Source: Sphingomonadales bacterium
GTDB lineage: Bacteria > Pseudomonadota > Alphaproteobacteria > Sphingomonadales > Sphingomonadaceae
DNA length: 35,081 nucleotides
Assembly: GCA_031362505.1 (NCBI GenBank)
Contig: JANLST010000482.1
Location: forward strand, 1 to 35,081
Direction of reading: 5' to 3'
Shown: one piece after another, positions 25,818 through 35,081 of the stretch
How the letters are laid out: each line of letters begins with the position of its first letter
How positions within the stretch are numbered: the stretch's first letter is position 1
The notes under the pieces: generated by a model
Databases searched by the model: none
What the model was told of the DNA's origin: nothing
The model's input: only the letters and a program-made list of their open reading frames with translations
Program-made: the position numbers and the translations under genes

Positions 25818-26549
25818 TCAGGCGCGAACCAGCGCCAACATATAATTGAGCCTCAGATCATCTGACAGGACGAAGCCCCGTGATGCGGAAAACGAAAGGC
25901 CAGTGCGGTCTGCCACGCGCAGTCCTTCGAGATACGCCAACGATTCCAGTTCCTCGGGTGTCAGAAACTTGTTCCAGTCGTGTGTTCCCTTGGGAATGCT
26001 GCCCAGCCCCTCGCCAAGCGTTATCAGGCCGAAACGAGAGAGTGGCGTACGATTGGGCGTGGAGAGAATCATCAGCCCGCCCGGTGCCAGCCGGGCCGCC
26101 AAGGCCGAAATGAAGGTCGCGGGTTCGGCAACATGCTCGATGACTTCCATCGAAGTCACAAGATCGAATTGCCCGTCAATTGCGGCGACATCTGCACAAC
26201 GATAAGTAATCGACAAGCCTTGACCGGCTGCATGGTCTTTCGCCACGGCAATATTTTCGGGCGCCGCATCCAGGCCAGTTACCAAAGCGCCAAGACGGGT
26301 AAGTGGCTCACACATCAAGCCTGCACCGCACCCGACATCGAGAGCCGATTTTCCTGCAAGAGGCCGAACAGACCGTTCGTTTGCATTCCAATGGGCGTTA
26401 ATCTGGTTCCGAACAAAATCCAGTCTTACTGGATTCAGCTTGTGCAACATCGCTGAGGATCCGTTTGGGTCCCACCAACCCGACGCCAGAGCGCCAAAAT
26501 GTTGGGCCTCTCGAGGATCGATCGTTGTTGGTATGCTTGCGTTTGCCAT
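25818..26549 (-). CDS. ubiG: Ubiquinone biosynthesis O-methyltransferase
   Basis: WWDPNG..MLHKLNPVR, LDVGCGAGL, MEVIEHV, STPNRT, PKGTHDW.KF, NYM. Confidence 0.96.
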   Translation of the reverse strand: MANASIPTTIDPREAQHFGALASGWWDPNGSSAMLHKLNPVRLDFVRNQINAHWNANERSVRPLAGKSALDVGCGAGLMCEPLTRLGALVTGLDAAPENIAVAKDHAAGQGLSITYRCADVAAIDGQFDLVTSMEVIEHVAEPATFISALAARLAPGGLMILSTPNRTPLSRFGLITLGEGLGSIPKGTHDWNKFLTPEELESLAYLEGLRVADRTGLSFSASRGFVLSDDLRLNYMLALVRA

Positions 26550-26616
26550 ACCCCTTCCCTAACAGGGCGGCGCCCTTTGGCCAAAGGGCTTTTCAATATG
26601 AGAACAGGGACGTTGC

Positions 26617-27858
26617 GTGGCCAAAATCGTGATGAAATTCGGTGGCACGTCGATGGCGGGAACGGAGCGGATCCGCAATGTCGCCACGCGTGTTAAAAAG
26701 GAAGTCGACGCCGGGAACCAGGTTGCCGTGGTCGTATCAGCAATGGCGGGCGAAACCGACCGTCTGATCAACTTCTGCCGCGAGGCCGCTCCGCTGCATG
26801 ATTCCAAGGAGTATGACGTTGTCGTCGCAGCGGGGGAGCAGGTCACATCGGGACTTCTCGCAATGACCTTGCAGGCAATGGGTGTTCCTGCACGAAGCTG
26901 GCTTGGCTGGCAGTTGCCGATCCGCACATCCGATGCGCATGCGTCAGCAAGAATCGAAGACATTGATTGCCGAGGGCTCAACGCGGCTCTTGCTGACGGA
27001 GAAGTTGCAATCATCCCGGGCTTTCAGGGAATGACCGACGACGGGCGGGTGACAACGCTTGGGCGTGGCGGTTCTGATACGTCCGCCGTTGCCGTCGCTG
27101 CCGCCATCAAGGCGGATCGATGTGATATCTATACCGATGTCGACGGCGTTTATACGACAGATCCACGGATAGTTCCGCGCGCGCGGAAGCTCGACAAGGT
27201 AACCTATGAGGAAATGCTCGAACTCGCGAGCGTCGGAGCGAAAGTGCTCCAGACCCGGTCGGTCGGGCTTGCGATGAAGGAAAATGTGCGTGTGCAGGTG
27301 CTGACGTCGTTTGACGACAAGCCCGGCACGTTGATCGTCGGCGACGACGAGATTGGAGAAAATGACGTGGAACGCCAACTTATTACGGGTATCGCTCATG
27401 ACAAGAACGAGGCCAAGATCACGCTGGCTAACGTCCCTGATCGTCCCGGCGCGGTTGCCAGCATCTTCGGTCCGCTCGCCGATGCCAGCATCAATGTCGA
27501 CATGATCATCCAGAATATCGCGCACGATTCCGGATCGACCGATGTGACATTCACTGTGCCCGGAGCCGAGTTGGCCCGCGCGCTCGACACGCTCGAAAAG
27601 AGCAAGGACGCGATCGGCTATTCCAAATTGCTCCATGATACCAAGGTTGCGAAAATTTCGATCGTCGGCGTTGGGATGCGCAGCCACGCCGGTGTTGCCG
27701 CAACAATGTTCAACGCATTGGGCTCGCGCGGGATCAATATCCAGGCGATTTCGACCAGCGAAATCAAGGTTTCGGTGCTAATCGATGAAGATGAAACCGA
27801 ATTGGCCGTGCGCGTGTTGCATACCGCATACGGCCTCGATGCCGAGGACGCGGCATGA
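26617..27858 (+). CDS. lysC: Aspartate kinase
   Basis: VMKFGGTS, VVVSAM, GFQG, TTLGRGGSDTSA, IYTDVDGVYTTDP, two ACT domains, ISTSEIKVS. Confidence 0.97.
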   Translation: MAKIVMKFGGTSMAGTERIRNVATRVKKEVDAGNQVAVVVSAMAGETDRLINFCREAAPLHDSKEYDVVVAAGEQVTSGLLAMTLQAMGVPARSWLGWQLPIRTSDAHASARIEDIDCRGLNAALADGEVAIIPGFQGMTDDGRVTTLGRGGSDTSAVAVAAAIKADRCDIYTDVDGVYTTDPRIVPRARKLDKVTYEEMLELASVGAKVLQTRSVGLAMKENVRVQVLTSFDDKPGTLIVGDDEIGENDVERQLITGIAHDKNEAKITLANVPDRPGAVASIFGPLADASINVDMIIQNIAHDSGSTDVTFTVPGAELARALDTLEKSKDAIGYSKLLHDTKVAKISIVGVGMRSHAGVAATMFNALGSRGINIQAISTSEIKVSVLIDEDETELAVRVLHTAYGLDAEDAA

Positions 27859-28865
27859 GCAGACTTGATGCGCTTATGAAGCGCGGCAATGAGTTTCTAG
27901 GGTCCGAGATCGCCATCATGGCCGGCGCCATGTCCTGGATTAGCGAACGTCATCTGGTTTCCGCCATGTCGAACGCTGGCGGCTTCGGCGTTATCGCATG
28001 CGGGGCCATGACGCCCGAATTGCTCGATCGTGAAATTGCGGCGACCAAGACGATGACAGGCAAACCGTTCGGCGTGAACCTCATCACGATGCATCCGCAA
28101 CTCACCGACCTGATTGCCGTGTGCGCTCGTCACAACGTTTCGCACGTCGTACTTGCCGGCGGTCTTCCGCCGACGGGGTCGATCGATGCGATCAAGGCAA
28201 ATGGCGCCAGGCTTATCTGCTTTGCCCCAGCCCTTTCGCTTGCCAAGAAACTTATACGTTCTGGCGTCGATGCGCTGGTGATCGAAGGTATGGAAGCTGG
28301 CGGCCATATTGGACCGGTATCAACATCCGTGCTGGCCCAGGAAATCCTGCCAGAGATCGCGGAGCAGGTTCCGGTGTTCGTGGCGGGCGGCATCGCGCGG
28401 GGTGAAGCGATTGCGTCCTATCTTGAACAGGGCGCAGCCGGAGTCCAGATCGGCACCCGCCTTGTCTGCGCCACAGAATGCATAGCCCATCCGGCCTTCA
28501 AAAAGGCGTTCCTGCGGGCGTCTGCGCGTGATGCCATCTCCAGCGTTCAGATTGACCCACGCCTGCCCGTCATCCCCGTTCGTGCGCTCAAGAATGCAGG
28601 CACCGAAGAGTTTACGCGCAAGCAAGTCGAAGTGGCGGCAATGCTCGATCGTGGTGAAGTGGATATGGCTGCAGCGCAACTCGAGATTGAGCAATTCTGG
28701 GCTGGCGCGTTGCGCCGGGCCGTGATCGATGGCGATGTCGAAAACGGCTCATTGATGGCCGGCCAGTCGGTTGGAATGGTCAAGTCCGAAGAGCCCATCG
28801 CCGGGATACTCGGCGTTCTCATGGCCGAAGCACAGGCAGCATTGGAATCGCGCACAACAATCTGA
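27855..28865 (+). CDS. Nitronate monooxygenase / FabK-like FMN-dependent oxidoreductase
   Basis: AMSNAGGFG, KPFGVNLI, EGMEAGGHIG, VAGGIARG, GVQIGTR, GSLMAGQSVG. Confidence 0.9.
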   Translation: MSRLDALMKRGNEFLGSEIAIMAGAMSWISERHLVSAMSNAGGFGVIACGAMTPELLDREIAATKTMTGKPFGVNLITMHPQLTDLIAVCARHNVSHVVLAGGLPPTGSIDAIKANGARLICFAPALSLAKKLIRSGVDALVIEGMEAGGHIGPVSTSVLAQEILPEIAEQVPVFVAGGIARGEAIASYLEQGAAGVQIGTRLVCATECIAHPAFKKAFLRASARDAISSVQIDPRLPVIPVRALKNAGTEEFTRKQVEVAAMLDRGEVDMAAAQLEIEQFWAGALRRAVIDGDVENGSLMAGQSVGMVKSEEPIAGILGVLMAEAQAALESRTTI

Positions 28866-28878
28866 TAGCGCTGTGGGC

Positions 28879-31146
28879 ATGCCAACAGCGACCGCATCTG
28901 CCCGAGAAATACTCACCGGCCTCCACGAAGTGATGGCTTCGCGCGCAAATGCGCAGGCAAAGCTCAATAAGGTCGTTCAGATCATCGCTGAAGCGATGGC
29001 GAGCGAAGTTTGTTCCATCTACTTGCGTCGCGAAGGCGTGTTGGAGCTTTTCGCAACCGTTGGCCTGAACCAGGCGGCTGTCCATGTGACCAAACTGGCG
29101 ATGGGCGAAGGTCTTGTCGGCACGATCGCCGAGCAGATCGCAACTCTCAACCTCGATGAGGCGACAAGTCATCCTGATTTCGCCTACAAGCCCGAAACCG
29201 GAGAAGAATTGTTTCACGGTTTTGCGGGCGTCCCGATCATTCGCAAGGAAGATGCAGTCGGGGTGCTGTGTGTTCAGCATGCCGACCCCCGGCGGTACGA
29301 AGAAGTCGAGATTGAGGCAATGCAGACTGTGGCGATGGTCCTGTCAGAATTGATCGCCAATGCCGGACTTATCGACAACGCTCAGGCACGTGGTTCCAAG
29401 GTCCAGAACACTACTGCCGGCCGGCTGACAGGACTGAAACTGGTCGACGGCATGGCGCGCGGCTTCGCGGTATATCACCAGCCGCGCATTACAATCGAAC
29501 ACACTGTTGCCGAGGACACGGAAGCCGAGCGCCACCGGGTCTATTCAGCGTTCGACAAGATGCGTGAACAGATCGACAAGATGGCGAGCCAAGCCGAGTT
29601 TGGCGGCGAAGGCGAACATCGCGATGTGATCGAGATGTACAAGATGTTCGCCTATGACGAGGGCTGGTCCCGGCGGATCAACGAAGCCATAGACAGCGGC
29701 CTGACCGCTGAGGCGGCAATCGAGCGGGTCCAGCAACGCACCCGTATGCGGATGAGGCAGATTGCCGATCCATTGTTGGCGGATCGGATGCACGATCTTG
29801 AGGATATGTCGAACCGACTTCTGAGAATCGTGTCGGGGCAATTGGGATCAGCCGCACAGGCCGGCTTGCGGCAGGATACGATCCTTATTGCGCGCAATCT
29901 TGGGCCGGCGGAACTGCTGGAGTATGATCGACGCCGGCTGAAAGGGGTGATCCTGGAGGAAGGGTCTCTGACCGCACATGTCATCATTGTCGCCCGTGCG
30001 ATGAGCGTTCCGGTGCTAGGCCGTGTCAAGGATGTCAGGCGTCTCATTGCGGACGGTGATCCCCTCCTGATGGATGTCACGCAGGCCGCTGTCTTCGTTC
30101 GACCAAACCCGGCAATGGACGAAGCATTCGAAACGAAATTGGCGATCAGCCAGAAGCGCCGCGCGACATTCGCCGCACTCAAATCCGAACCACCAATCTC
30201 GAAAGACGGCACACGCGTAACACTCATGATCAATGCCGGGCTGCGCGACGACATGGCCGCACTCGACACGACAGGTGCCGATGGAATCGGCTTGTTCCGA
30301 ACCGAGTTCCAGTTTCTCGTGTCCGCCACAATGCCACAACGCGAACGGCAGTTGCGTCTTTACAAGGATGTGATTGATGCGGCGGGCAACAAACCCGTGG
30401 TCTTCCGGACGGTCGATATAGGCGGGGACAAGGCTCTGCCCTATCTCCGCCATGACGGCGATGATGAAGAAAACCCGGCGATGGGATGGCGCGCAATCCG
30501 CATCGCGCTCGAACGCGATGGCCTGATGAAAGCGCAGGCACGGGCCTTGCTCGAAGCGGCCGCTGGCAAGACGCTCAACGTCATGTTTCCGATGGTTTCA
30601 GAGCCGTGGGAGTTCGACCAGGCACGCGCCATATTCGAAGCCCAGCGCGATTTTCTTATTTCGCGCGGCAAGCGCGTCCCGTCAGCGATCCGCTATGGTG
30701 CGATGCTGGAAGTTCCAGCCCTTGCGGAATGCCTCGACATTTTGTTGCCGAAGCTGCAGTTCATCTCGATTGGTACCAATGATCTGACACAGTTTCTGTT
30801 TGCAGCCGACCGCGCCCACCCCAAGCTTGCGGAACGTTATGACTGGCTTTCGCCTGCGATACTGCGCTTTCTCGCCAGAGTGGTGAAGGAATGCGACGCG
30901 GCCAATGTGCCCGTGACGGTGTGTGGCGAAATGGGGGGGCGCAGTCTTGAAGCAATGGCCTTGCTTGGTCTTGGCATCAAACAGCTGTCGATTACGCCAG
31001 CTGCGGTTGGCCCGGTCAAAGCCATGATCCGTTCTCTCGATATTGGCGCTTCTCGAAACTTTGTCTCGGACTTGCTACATCACCCGTCTTCGGACATGCG
31101 CAAGTCATTCACCGATTGGGCCGCGACCAACAAAATCGAGCTTTGA
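28879..31146 (+). CDS. ptsP: PTS-Ntr enzyme I (GAF domain + PEP-protein phosphotransferase)
   Basis: N-terminal GAF (EVCSIYL, GEGLVG), GSLTAH active site, GIGLFRTEF, EENPAMGWR, MLEVP, SIGTNDLTQ, CGEM. Confidence 0.96.
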   Translation: MPTATASAREILTGLHEVMASRANAQAKLNKVVQIIAEAMASEVCSIYLRREGVLELFATVGLNQAAVHVTKLAMGEGLVGTIAEQIATLNLDEATSHPDFAYKPETGEELFHGFAGVPIIRKEDAVGVLCVQHADPRRYEEVEIEAMQTVAMVLSELIANAGLIDNAQARGSKVQNTTAGRLTGLKLVDGMARGFAVYHQPRITIEHTVAEDTEAERHRVYSAFDKMREQIDKMASQAEFGGEGEHRDVIEMYKMFAYDEGWSRRINEAIDSGLTAEAAIERVQQRTRMRMRQIADPLLADRMHDLEDMSNRLLRIVSGQLGSAAQAGLRQDTILIARNLGPAELLEYDRRRLKGVILEEGSLTAHVIIVARAMSVPVLGRVKDVRRLIADGDPLLMDVTQAAVFVRPNPAMDEAFETKLAISQKRRATFAALKSEPPISKDGTRVTLMINAGLRDDMAALDTTGADGIGLFRTEFQFLVSATMPQRERQLRLYKDVIDAAGNKPVVFRTVDIGGDKALPYLRHDGDDEENPAMGWRAIRIALERDGLMKAQARALLEAAAGKTLNVMFPMVSEPWEFDQARAIFEAQRDFLISRGKRVPSAIRYGAMLEVPALAECLDILLPKLQFISIGTNDLTQFLFAADRAHPKLAERYDWLSPAILRFLARVVKECDAANVPVTVCGEMGGRSLEAMALLGLGIKQLSITPAAVGPVKAMIRSLDIGASRNFVSDLLHHPSSDMRKSFTDWAATNKIEL

Positions 31147-31185
31147 TCTCTCGTTCCTCCAACCAGTGATTGTGACGAACATCAA

Positions 31186-32559
31186 ATGACATTGTCCGTT
31201 TCGAAAGTGCAGGCCATCAGCATCATGGACCTGTTCACAATCGGCATTGGCCCTTCAAGTTCGCATACCGTCGGCCCGATGCGCGCAGCACGCGACTTTG
31301 CCGAGCGCGCATCTATCCGAAGCGACATTGAGAAGGTGGTTTGCGAGTTGTTCGGCTCACTCGCCTTGACGGGACTCGGGCATGCGACTGACACAGCAAT
31401 CCTTCTCGGGCTTTCGGGTTGGCAACCCGAGACCATCGATCCTGATCAGATTGAAATCCTGACCGGCGAGATTCGGGAAGGCGGCCGACTGAAACTTGCC
31501 GGGCGTATCGAATTGCCCTTTCGTGAGGCCGAACATTTATTGTTCCGGCGTGGCGAATTCCTGCCCGGCCATGCCAATGCCATGCGTTTTTCTGCTTATC
31601 ATCGGGATGCAACATCGTTCGAAGCGACCTATTTTTCCATAGGGGGCGGCGCAATTTTACGAGCCGGCGAAGCCGTTCCACCATCCAACATCGACCTTCC
31701 GCATCCTTTCTCGTCTGCGGCAGAATTGCTTGTGATCGGTGCGGAAAACGAGCTGACGATCGCGGCAATCGTTGAAGCGAACGAAGCCGCATGGCGCGAT
31801 GAATCGGAAACATACGGGTTTCTGGACGCGGTCCGCTTGGCCATGTTTGATTGCATTGAACGCGGATGTCGCAACGACGGTGTGTTGCCCGGCGGGCTAA
31901 AGGTTATGCGACGGGCGAAATGCCTGCATGAAAGGCTGCAGGCGCGCGGCCCGCGCAATGATCCTTCTACCGTTTTCGAATGGGTCAGCCTTTGGGCGCT
32001 CGCTGTGAATGAAGAAAATGCGGCCGGCGGGCGCGTCGTAACCGCACCAACCAATGGCGCTGCGGGTGTCTTGCCCGCCGTGCTCAAATATTACGAGGTA
32101 TTCACGTCCCAGCCAAATCAGGCCGGCAGTCGCCAGTTTCTGACGACGGCCGCGGCGATCGGTTTTCTCTACAAGAAACGCGCTTCGATCTCGGCCGCGG
32201 AAATGGGCTGCCAGGGCGAAGTCGGCGTTGCCTGCTCAATGGCAGCCGCAGGTTTGGCGGCAGCGCTTGGCGGAACCAATGCGCAGGTCGAAAACGCCGC
32301 GGAAATCGGCATGGAGCACAATCTCGGTTTGACCTGCGATCCGATTGGCGGGCTCGTTCAGATCCCTTGTATCGAGCGCAACACGATGGGAGCGATCAAG
32401 GCGATCAACGCTGCCTATCTCGCGCTTCAGGGCGATGGCAGCCATATCGTCAGTCTCGACGCAGTCATTGAAACCATGCGTCAGACCGGCGAAGACATGC
32501 GTTCGAAATACAAGGAAACAAGCCTTGGCGGCTTGGCCGTCAATGTTGTCGAGTGTTGA
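31186..32559 (+). CDS. sdaA: L-serine ammonia-lyase (Fe-S dependent)
   Basis: IGIGPSSSHTVGPM, GSLALTG.GH.TD, NEENAAGGRVVTAPTNG, GCQGEVG, LTCDP, PCIERN, YKETS.GGL. Confidence 0.97.
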   Translation: MTLSVSKVQAISIMDLFTIGIGPSSSHTVGPMRAARDFAERASIRSDIEKVVCELFGSLALTGLGHATDTAILLGLSGWQPETIDPDQIEILTGEIREGGRLKLAGRIELPFREAEHLLFRRGEFLPGHANAMRFSAYHRDATSFEATYFSIGGGAILRAGEAVPPSNIDLPHPFSSAAELLVIGAENELTIAAIVEANEAAWRDESETYGFLDAVRLAMFDCIERGCRNDGVLPGGLKVMRRAKCLHERLQARGPRNDPSTVFEWVSLWALAVNEENAAGGRVVTAPTNGAAGVLPAVLKYYEVFTSQPNQAGSRQFLTTAAAIGFLYKKRASISAAEMGCQGEVGVACSMAAAGLAAALGGTNAQVENAAEIGMEHNLGLTCDPIGGLVQIPCIERNTMGAIKAINAAYLALQGDGSHIVSLDAVIETMRQTGEDMRSKYKETSLGGLAVNVVEC

Positions 32560-32605
32560 TCTTGACTGGTACACCTTGCGGAATCTTTATTCGCTGAATC
32601 ATCGA

Positions 32606-33123
32606 TCAGACACCGTAGAGCAAGAGGACACATCCTGTTCGCGTCGTGCCCATATCATGGCGGCTCCCAGGGGGCGACGAGAGGTGATCTCCAATGCAGA
32701 ACCTCCGGCCTCCAACAAAAAGTCACCCGAGAGTACGACCAGATGTTCATGTTCGAGATGGTCATGGGCTGGGATGACGGATGCCGGTGCGCAGCGCATG
32801 AGCTTGGGCCCCTTTGCCCAGAGCCGCTTCATGTCGACACCGGGAAAAACATTGCGCCAGTTCCCTGAGCCGAATTCAAACAATTGCTTTCCATCGCGCT
32901 GAAAATCGTCCGAACTCACTATGGCTGCCATGATCCGCGCCTTCATCCCGGGCGGTGGCATCATTGCCCCGGCGGCTCCCGCAAGCGGAGCGAGCATCGC
33001 CTCACGCTGGTGGATCTGCGCGTCGAGAAAGGGATCGGAAAGGCGTTGACGGGCAACATCTGCCCTTTCTCGGGGAGAAAGGGCGCCGATAGCAAAAAAG
33101 GCAGCCAAATTTCTGTCAGTCAT
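32606..33123 (-). pseudogene. Anti-sigma factor with ChrR-like cupin domain, frameshifted (pseudogene or sequencing error)
   Basis: Start overlaps sigma stop (ATGA); N-terminal anti-sigma domain, then IPAHDHLEHEHLVVLSGDF; the expected cupin tail VGGRRFCIGDHLSSPPGSRHDMGTTRTGCVLLLYGV* (stop 32608-32606) lies in another frame after the A5 run at 32717-32721. Confidence 0.8.
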
Positions 33124-33656
33124 CTTTGCATGCACTCCTTAAGGGCCAGCATGCCCCTCCTGACCCAACTTTTTGCAGTGCCGAGGGGAACCGAAAGATG
33201 CTCCGCCAATTCCGAATGGGTCAAGCCGTAGGTATAGGTAAGAACGATCGCATTTCCCTGATCCTCCGGCAGCCGTTTCAGGCACTGTCCAAGCCGCGAG
33301 TCCGGAGGATCTACAGGAGCCACCGGTATGTCGAGATCGTGTATCGGCTCAGTCGGGCGATCGGCGCGGATCATATTCAGAGCGACATTACGAACAATCA
33401 CGCTCATCCAGCCGATTGGACTGCCGCGAGAAGGATCATAGAGCTTTGCCCGTCGCCAGACGTTGACATAGGCCTCCTGAGTTGCGTCCTGCGCTACACT
33501 TTCATCACGCAGAATTCGATACGCAATGGCAAAGAGCCTCCTCGACGTTGCGTCATAGAGATCCTCAAACGCTGCCAGATCGCCTTCGGCGATGCGTGGA
33601 AGCAATTGCTCCAGCGTTGTCACAGAAATCCGTTCCGATTGTGCCAACGCCATCAC
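33120..33656 (-). CDS. ECF sigma-70 factor (SigK-like)
   Basis: GDLAAFEDLYD, AQDATQEAYVNVW, YDPSRGS..WM..IVRNVA, LPEDQ...GLTHSELAEHLSVPLGTAKSWVRRG. Confidence 0.94.
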   Translation of the reverse strand: MMALAQSERISVTTLEQLLPRIAEGDLAAFEDLYDATSRRLFAIAYRILRDESVAQDATQEAYVNVWRRAKLYDPSRGSPIGWMSVIVRNVALNMIRADRPTEPIHDLDIPVAPVDPPDSRLGQCLKRLPEDQGNAIVLTYTYGLTHSELAEHLSVPLGTAKSWVRRGMLALKECMQR

Positions 33657-34055
33657 CCCTCTCAGTGTTTTGTTTTGGACTTGCGAGAAAATGACGATTG
33701 AAGATATTGGCGCGCAAGGGCGTCACCCAAAGGAAAGCTCAATGCTGGTTTTGCTGGCCCGGGTCCGGTATTCCGTCGTTCGATTTTGATCCACACCCGC
33801 CCGAAACTTGGACGTGCAAAAGCCGCGCGGGACGTATCCAGCGTTTTGCCTGCATGCGGCGCCTTGAGAAACAAGACCTCGCCCGGCCCGGCGCGGTTAA
33901 AATGGTTCAATTCATTACCCTCAGACTGCGATCCACAGCTCTATCGATATACCTACGTTCAATTTGTGATTTCGGATGCAGATCTTGAGTTTTTTGTCGA
34001 AAACATTCCGGATATGATATTCAGACTGTCGTTGGAGAATAGGATAAGCCGCACA

Positions 34056-34343
34056 ATGAATCGGAAGACGAGAGGCTGGCTCATTGTCGTCGCCCTTGCC
34101 GGACTGGCGGGTTGCGATCGCATCGACCCGCAATGGAAAGGTTGGGTTTATCCGGATCGGAGCGACCCGAGCATCGACTGGAAGTTGGGCACCTTTGCAA
34201 GTCTTGAAGAATGCAGAGCGGCCGCGCAAAGCATGATCCGCTGGTTACCGGACAAGGGCTCTGCAGATTATGAATGTGGATATCAGTGCAAGCCGTCCGA
34301 TTTTTTGGGCAGACTGGATGTCTGCGCGGAAACCCGACAATAG
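34056..34343 (+). CDS. Small Cys-containing lipoprotein, unknown function
   Basis: MNRKTRGWLIVVALAGLAGC lipobox; WKGWVYPD, SLEECR, DYECGYQC; AGGA upstream; 95 aa. Confidence 0.75.
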   Translation: MNRKTRGWLIVVALAGLAGCDRIDPQWKGWVYPDRSDPSIDWKLGTFASLEECRAAAQSMIRWLPDKGSADYECGYQCKPSDFLGRLDVCAETRQ

Positions 34344-34396
34344 CGGACAAGAACGGCTTGATCACCCATTGTGAAATTCCTTAATGTGTCGCCGAT

Positions 34397-35081
34397 CTAT
34401 GTGACGGCCTCGCGTTCGTGATACTCGGGCTTCCGCCAAACCTCATTCGTCATGATGTCTGACAGCAATTCAACGGCATCCCAGACATCGACATACCGGA
34501 CATAAAGAGGCGCAAATCCGAAGCGGACAACATCAGGGGCGCGGAAGTCGCCGATAACGCCCTGATCAATCAACGCGCGCATGATGGGATAGCCTTGGGG
34601 ATGAGTGAAGGCCACCTGGCTGCCTCGCGCATTCGCCTCTCGAGGGCTCGCGAGCGCAAAGCCATGTCCGGCGCATCGTTCCTCGACCAGACGAATAAAG
34701 AGATCGGTCAACGCCATCGACTTGGCCCGAACCAGCCTCATGTCAGTCTGCAAATGAATATCCAGCCCCACTTCGGCCAACGCCATACTGACGATCGGTT
34801 GGGTTCCGACCAGAAACTGGCGGATGCCGATGTCGGGCGCATAGTCGCGGTCGAAGGCAAACGGTGCGGAATGGCCCCACCAGCCCGTCAGTGGTTGGCT
34901 GGTCTTGCCGTGATGGCGTTGCGCGGCAAAAAGGAAAGCTGGCGAACCTGGGCCGCCATTGAGGTATTTGTAAGTACAGCCGACCGCAAAGTCCGCGTCG
35001 CAACCATTGAGATCGACCGGCATTGCGCCAGCGCTGTGGCACAGGTCCCATATTGCCAATGCGCCAGCCTCATGCGCCCGC
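34397..35081 (-). CDS. kynU: Kynureninase, C-terminal part (5' end outside window)
   Basis: [26 protein letters not shown] (PLP lysine), [27 protein letters not shown]. Confidence 0.96.
   Translation of the reverse strand, partial: RAHEAGALAIWDLCHSAGAMPVDLNGCDADFAVGCTYKYLNGGPGSPAFLFAAQRHHGKTSQPLTGWWGHSAPFAFDRDYAPDIGIRQFLVGTQPIVSMALAEVGLDIHLQTDMRLVRAKSMALTDLFIRLVEERCAGHGFALASPREANARGSQVAFTHPQGYPIMRALIDQGVIGDFRAPDVVRFGFAPLYVRYVDVWDAVELLSDIMTNEVWRKPEYHEREAVT

Noticed and set aside
28771-28878. Upstream extension of ptsP
   Set aside because: Overlaps the NMO-like gene; the GAF-type sequence starts after ATG 28879.
33657-34055. Search for a TGCATC-N17-CGTA autoregulatory promoter of the second sigma, and the 33786 ORF extension
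   Set aside because: Only partial matches (TGGATC, TGATCC) without a correctly spaced CGTA; the lipoprotein signal peptide places the start at 34056.

Overview
Alphaproteobacterial chromosomal window, probably Sphingomonadales (inferred from gene content: PEPxxWA-CTERM protein, fzlA, lysC-ptsP). It has four blocks. (1) 1-2600: the end of an acyl-CoA dehydrogenase, then a compact, apparently undescribed regulatory module. Two identical-geometry ECF-type promoter motifs (TGCATC-N17-CGTA) precede a highly structured ~180-nt candidate sRNA with a C9 loop and a stand-alone soluble anti-sigma-like domain; these face a TetR gene and a SigK-like ECF sigma gene. (2) 2791-10583: a minus-strand envelope/glycan modification cluster (GT2, LPG-synthase-TM flippase-like protein, FAD oxidoreductase, polysaccharide deacetylase, CmoA-like SAM protein, AsnB amidotransferase), an unusual tRNA-Arg(UCG), and a PEP-CTERM protein. 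(3) 11594-22190: a ~10.6-kb P4-type integrative island at the 3' end of tRNA-Leu(CAG), carrying an integrase, an AlpA/Xis-like gene, a Gabija-like pair, an Hhe-like DUF4011 helicase-nuclease and a remnant of a large DNA methyltransferase. (4) 22390-35081: mostly core genes (NDUFA9-like, uppP, fzlA, DUF3224, ubiG, lysC, NMO/FabK-like, ptsP, sdaA), a second ECF sigma whose cupin anti-sigma partner is frameshifted in a homopolymer, a small lipoprotein and the 3' part of kynureninase. All family calls come from motif recognition by eye; no searches were run.
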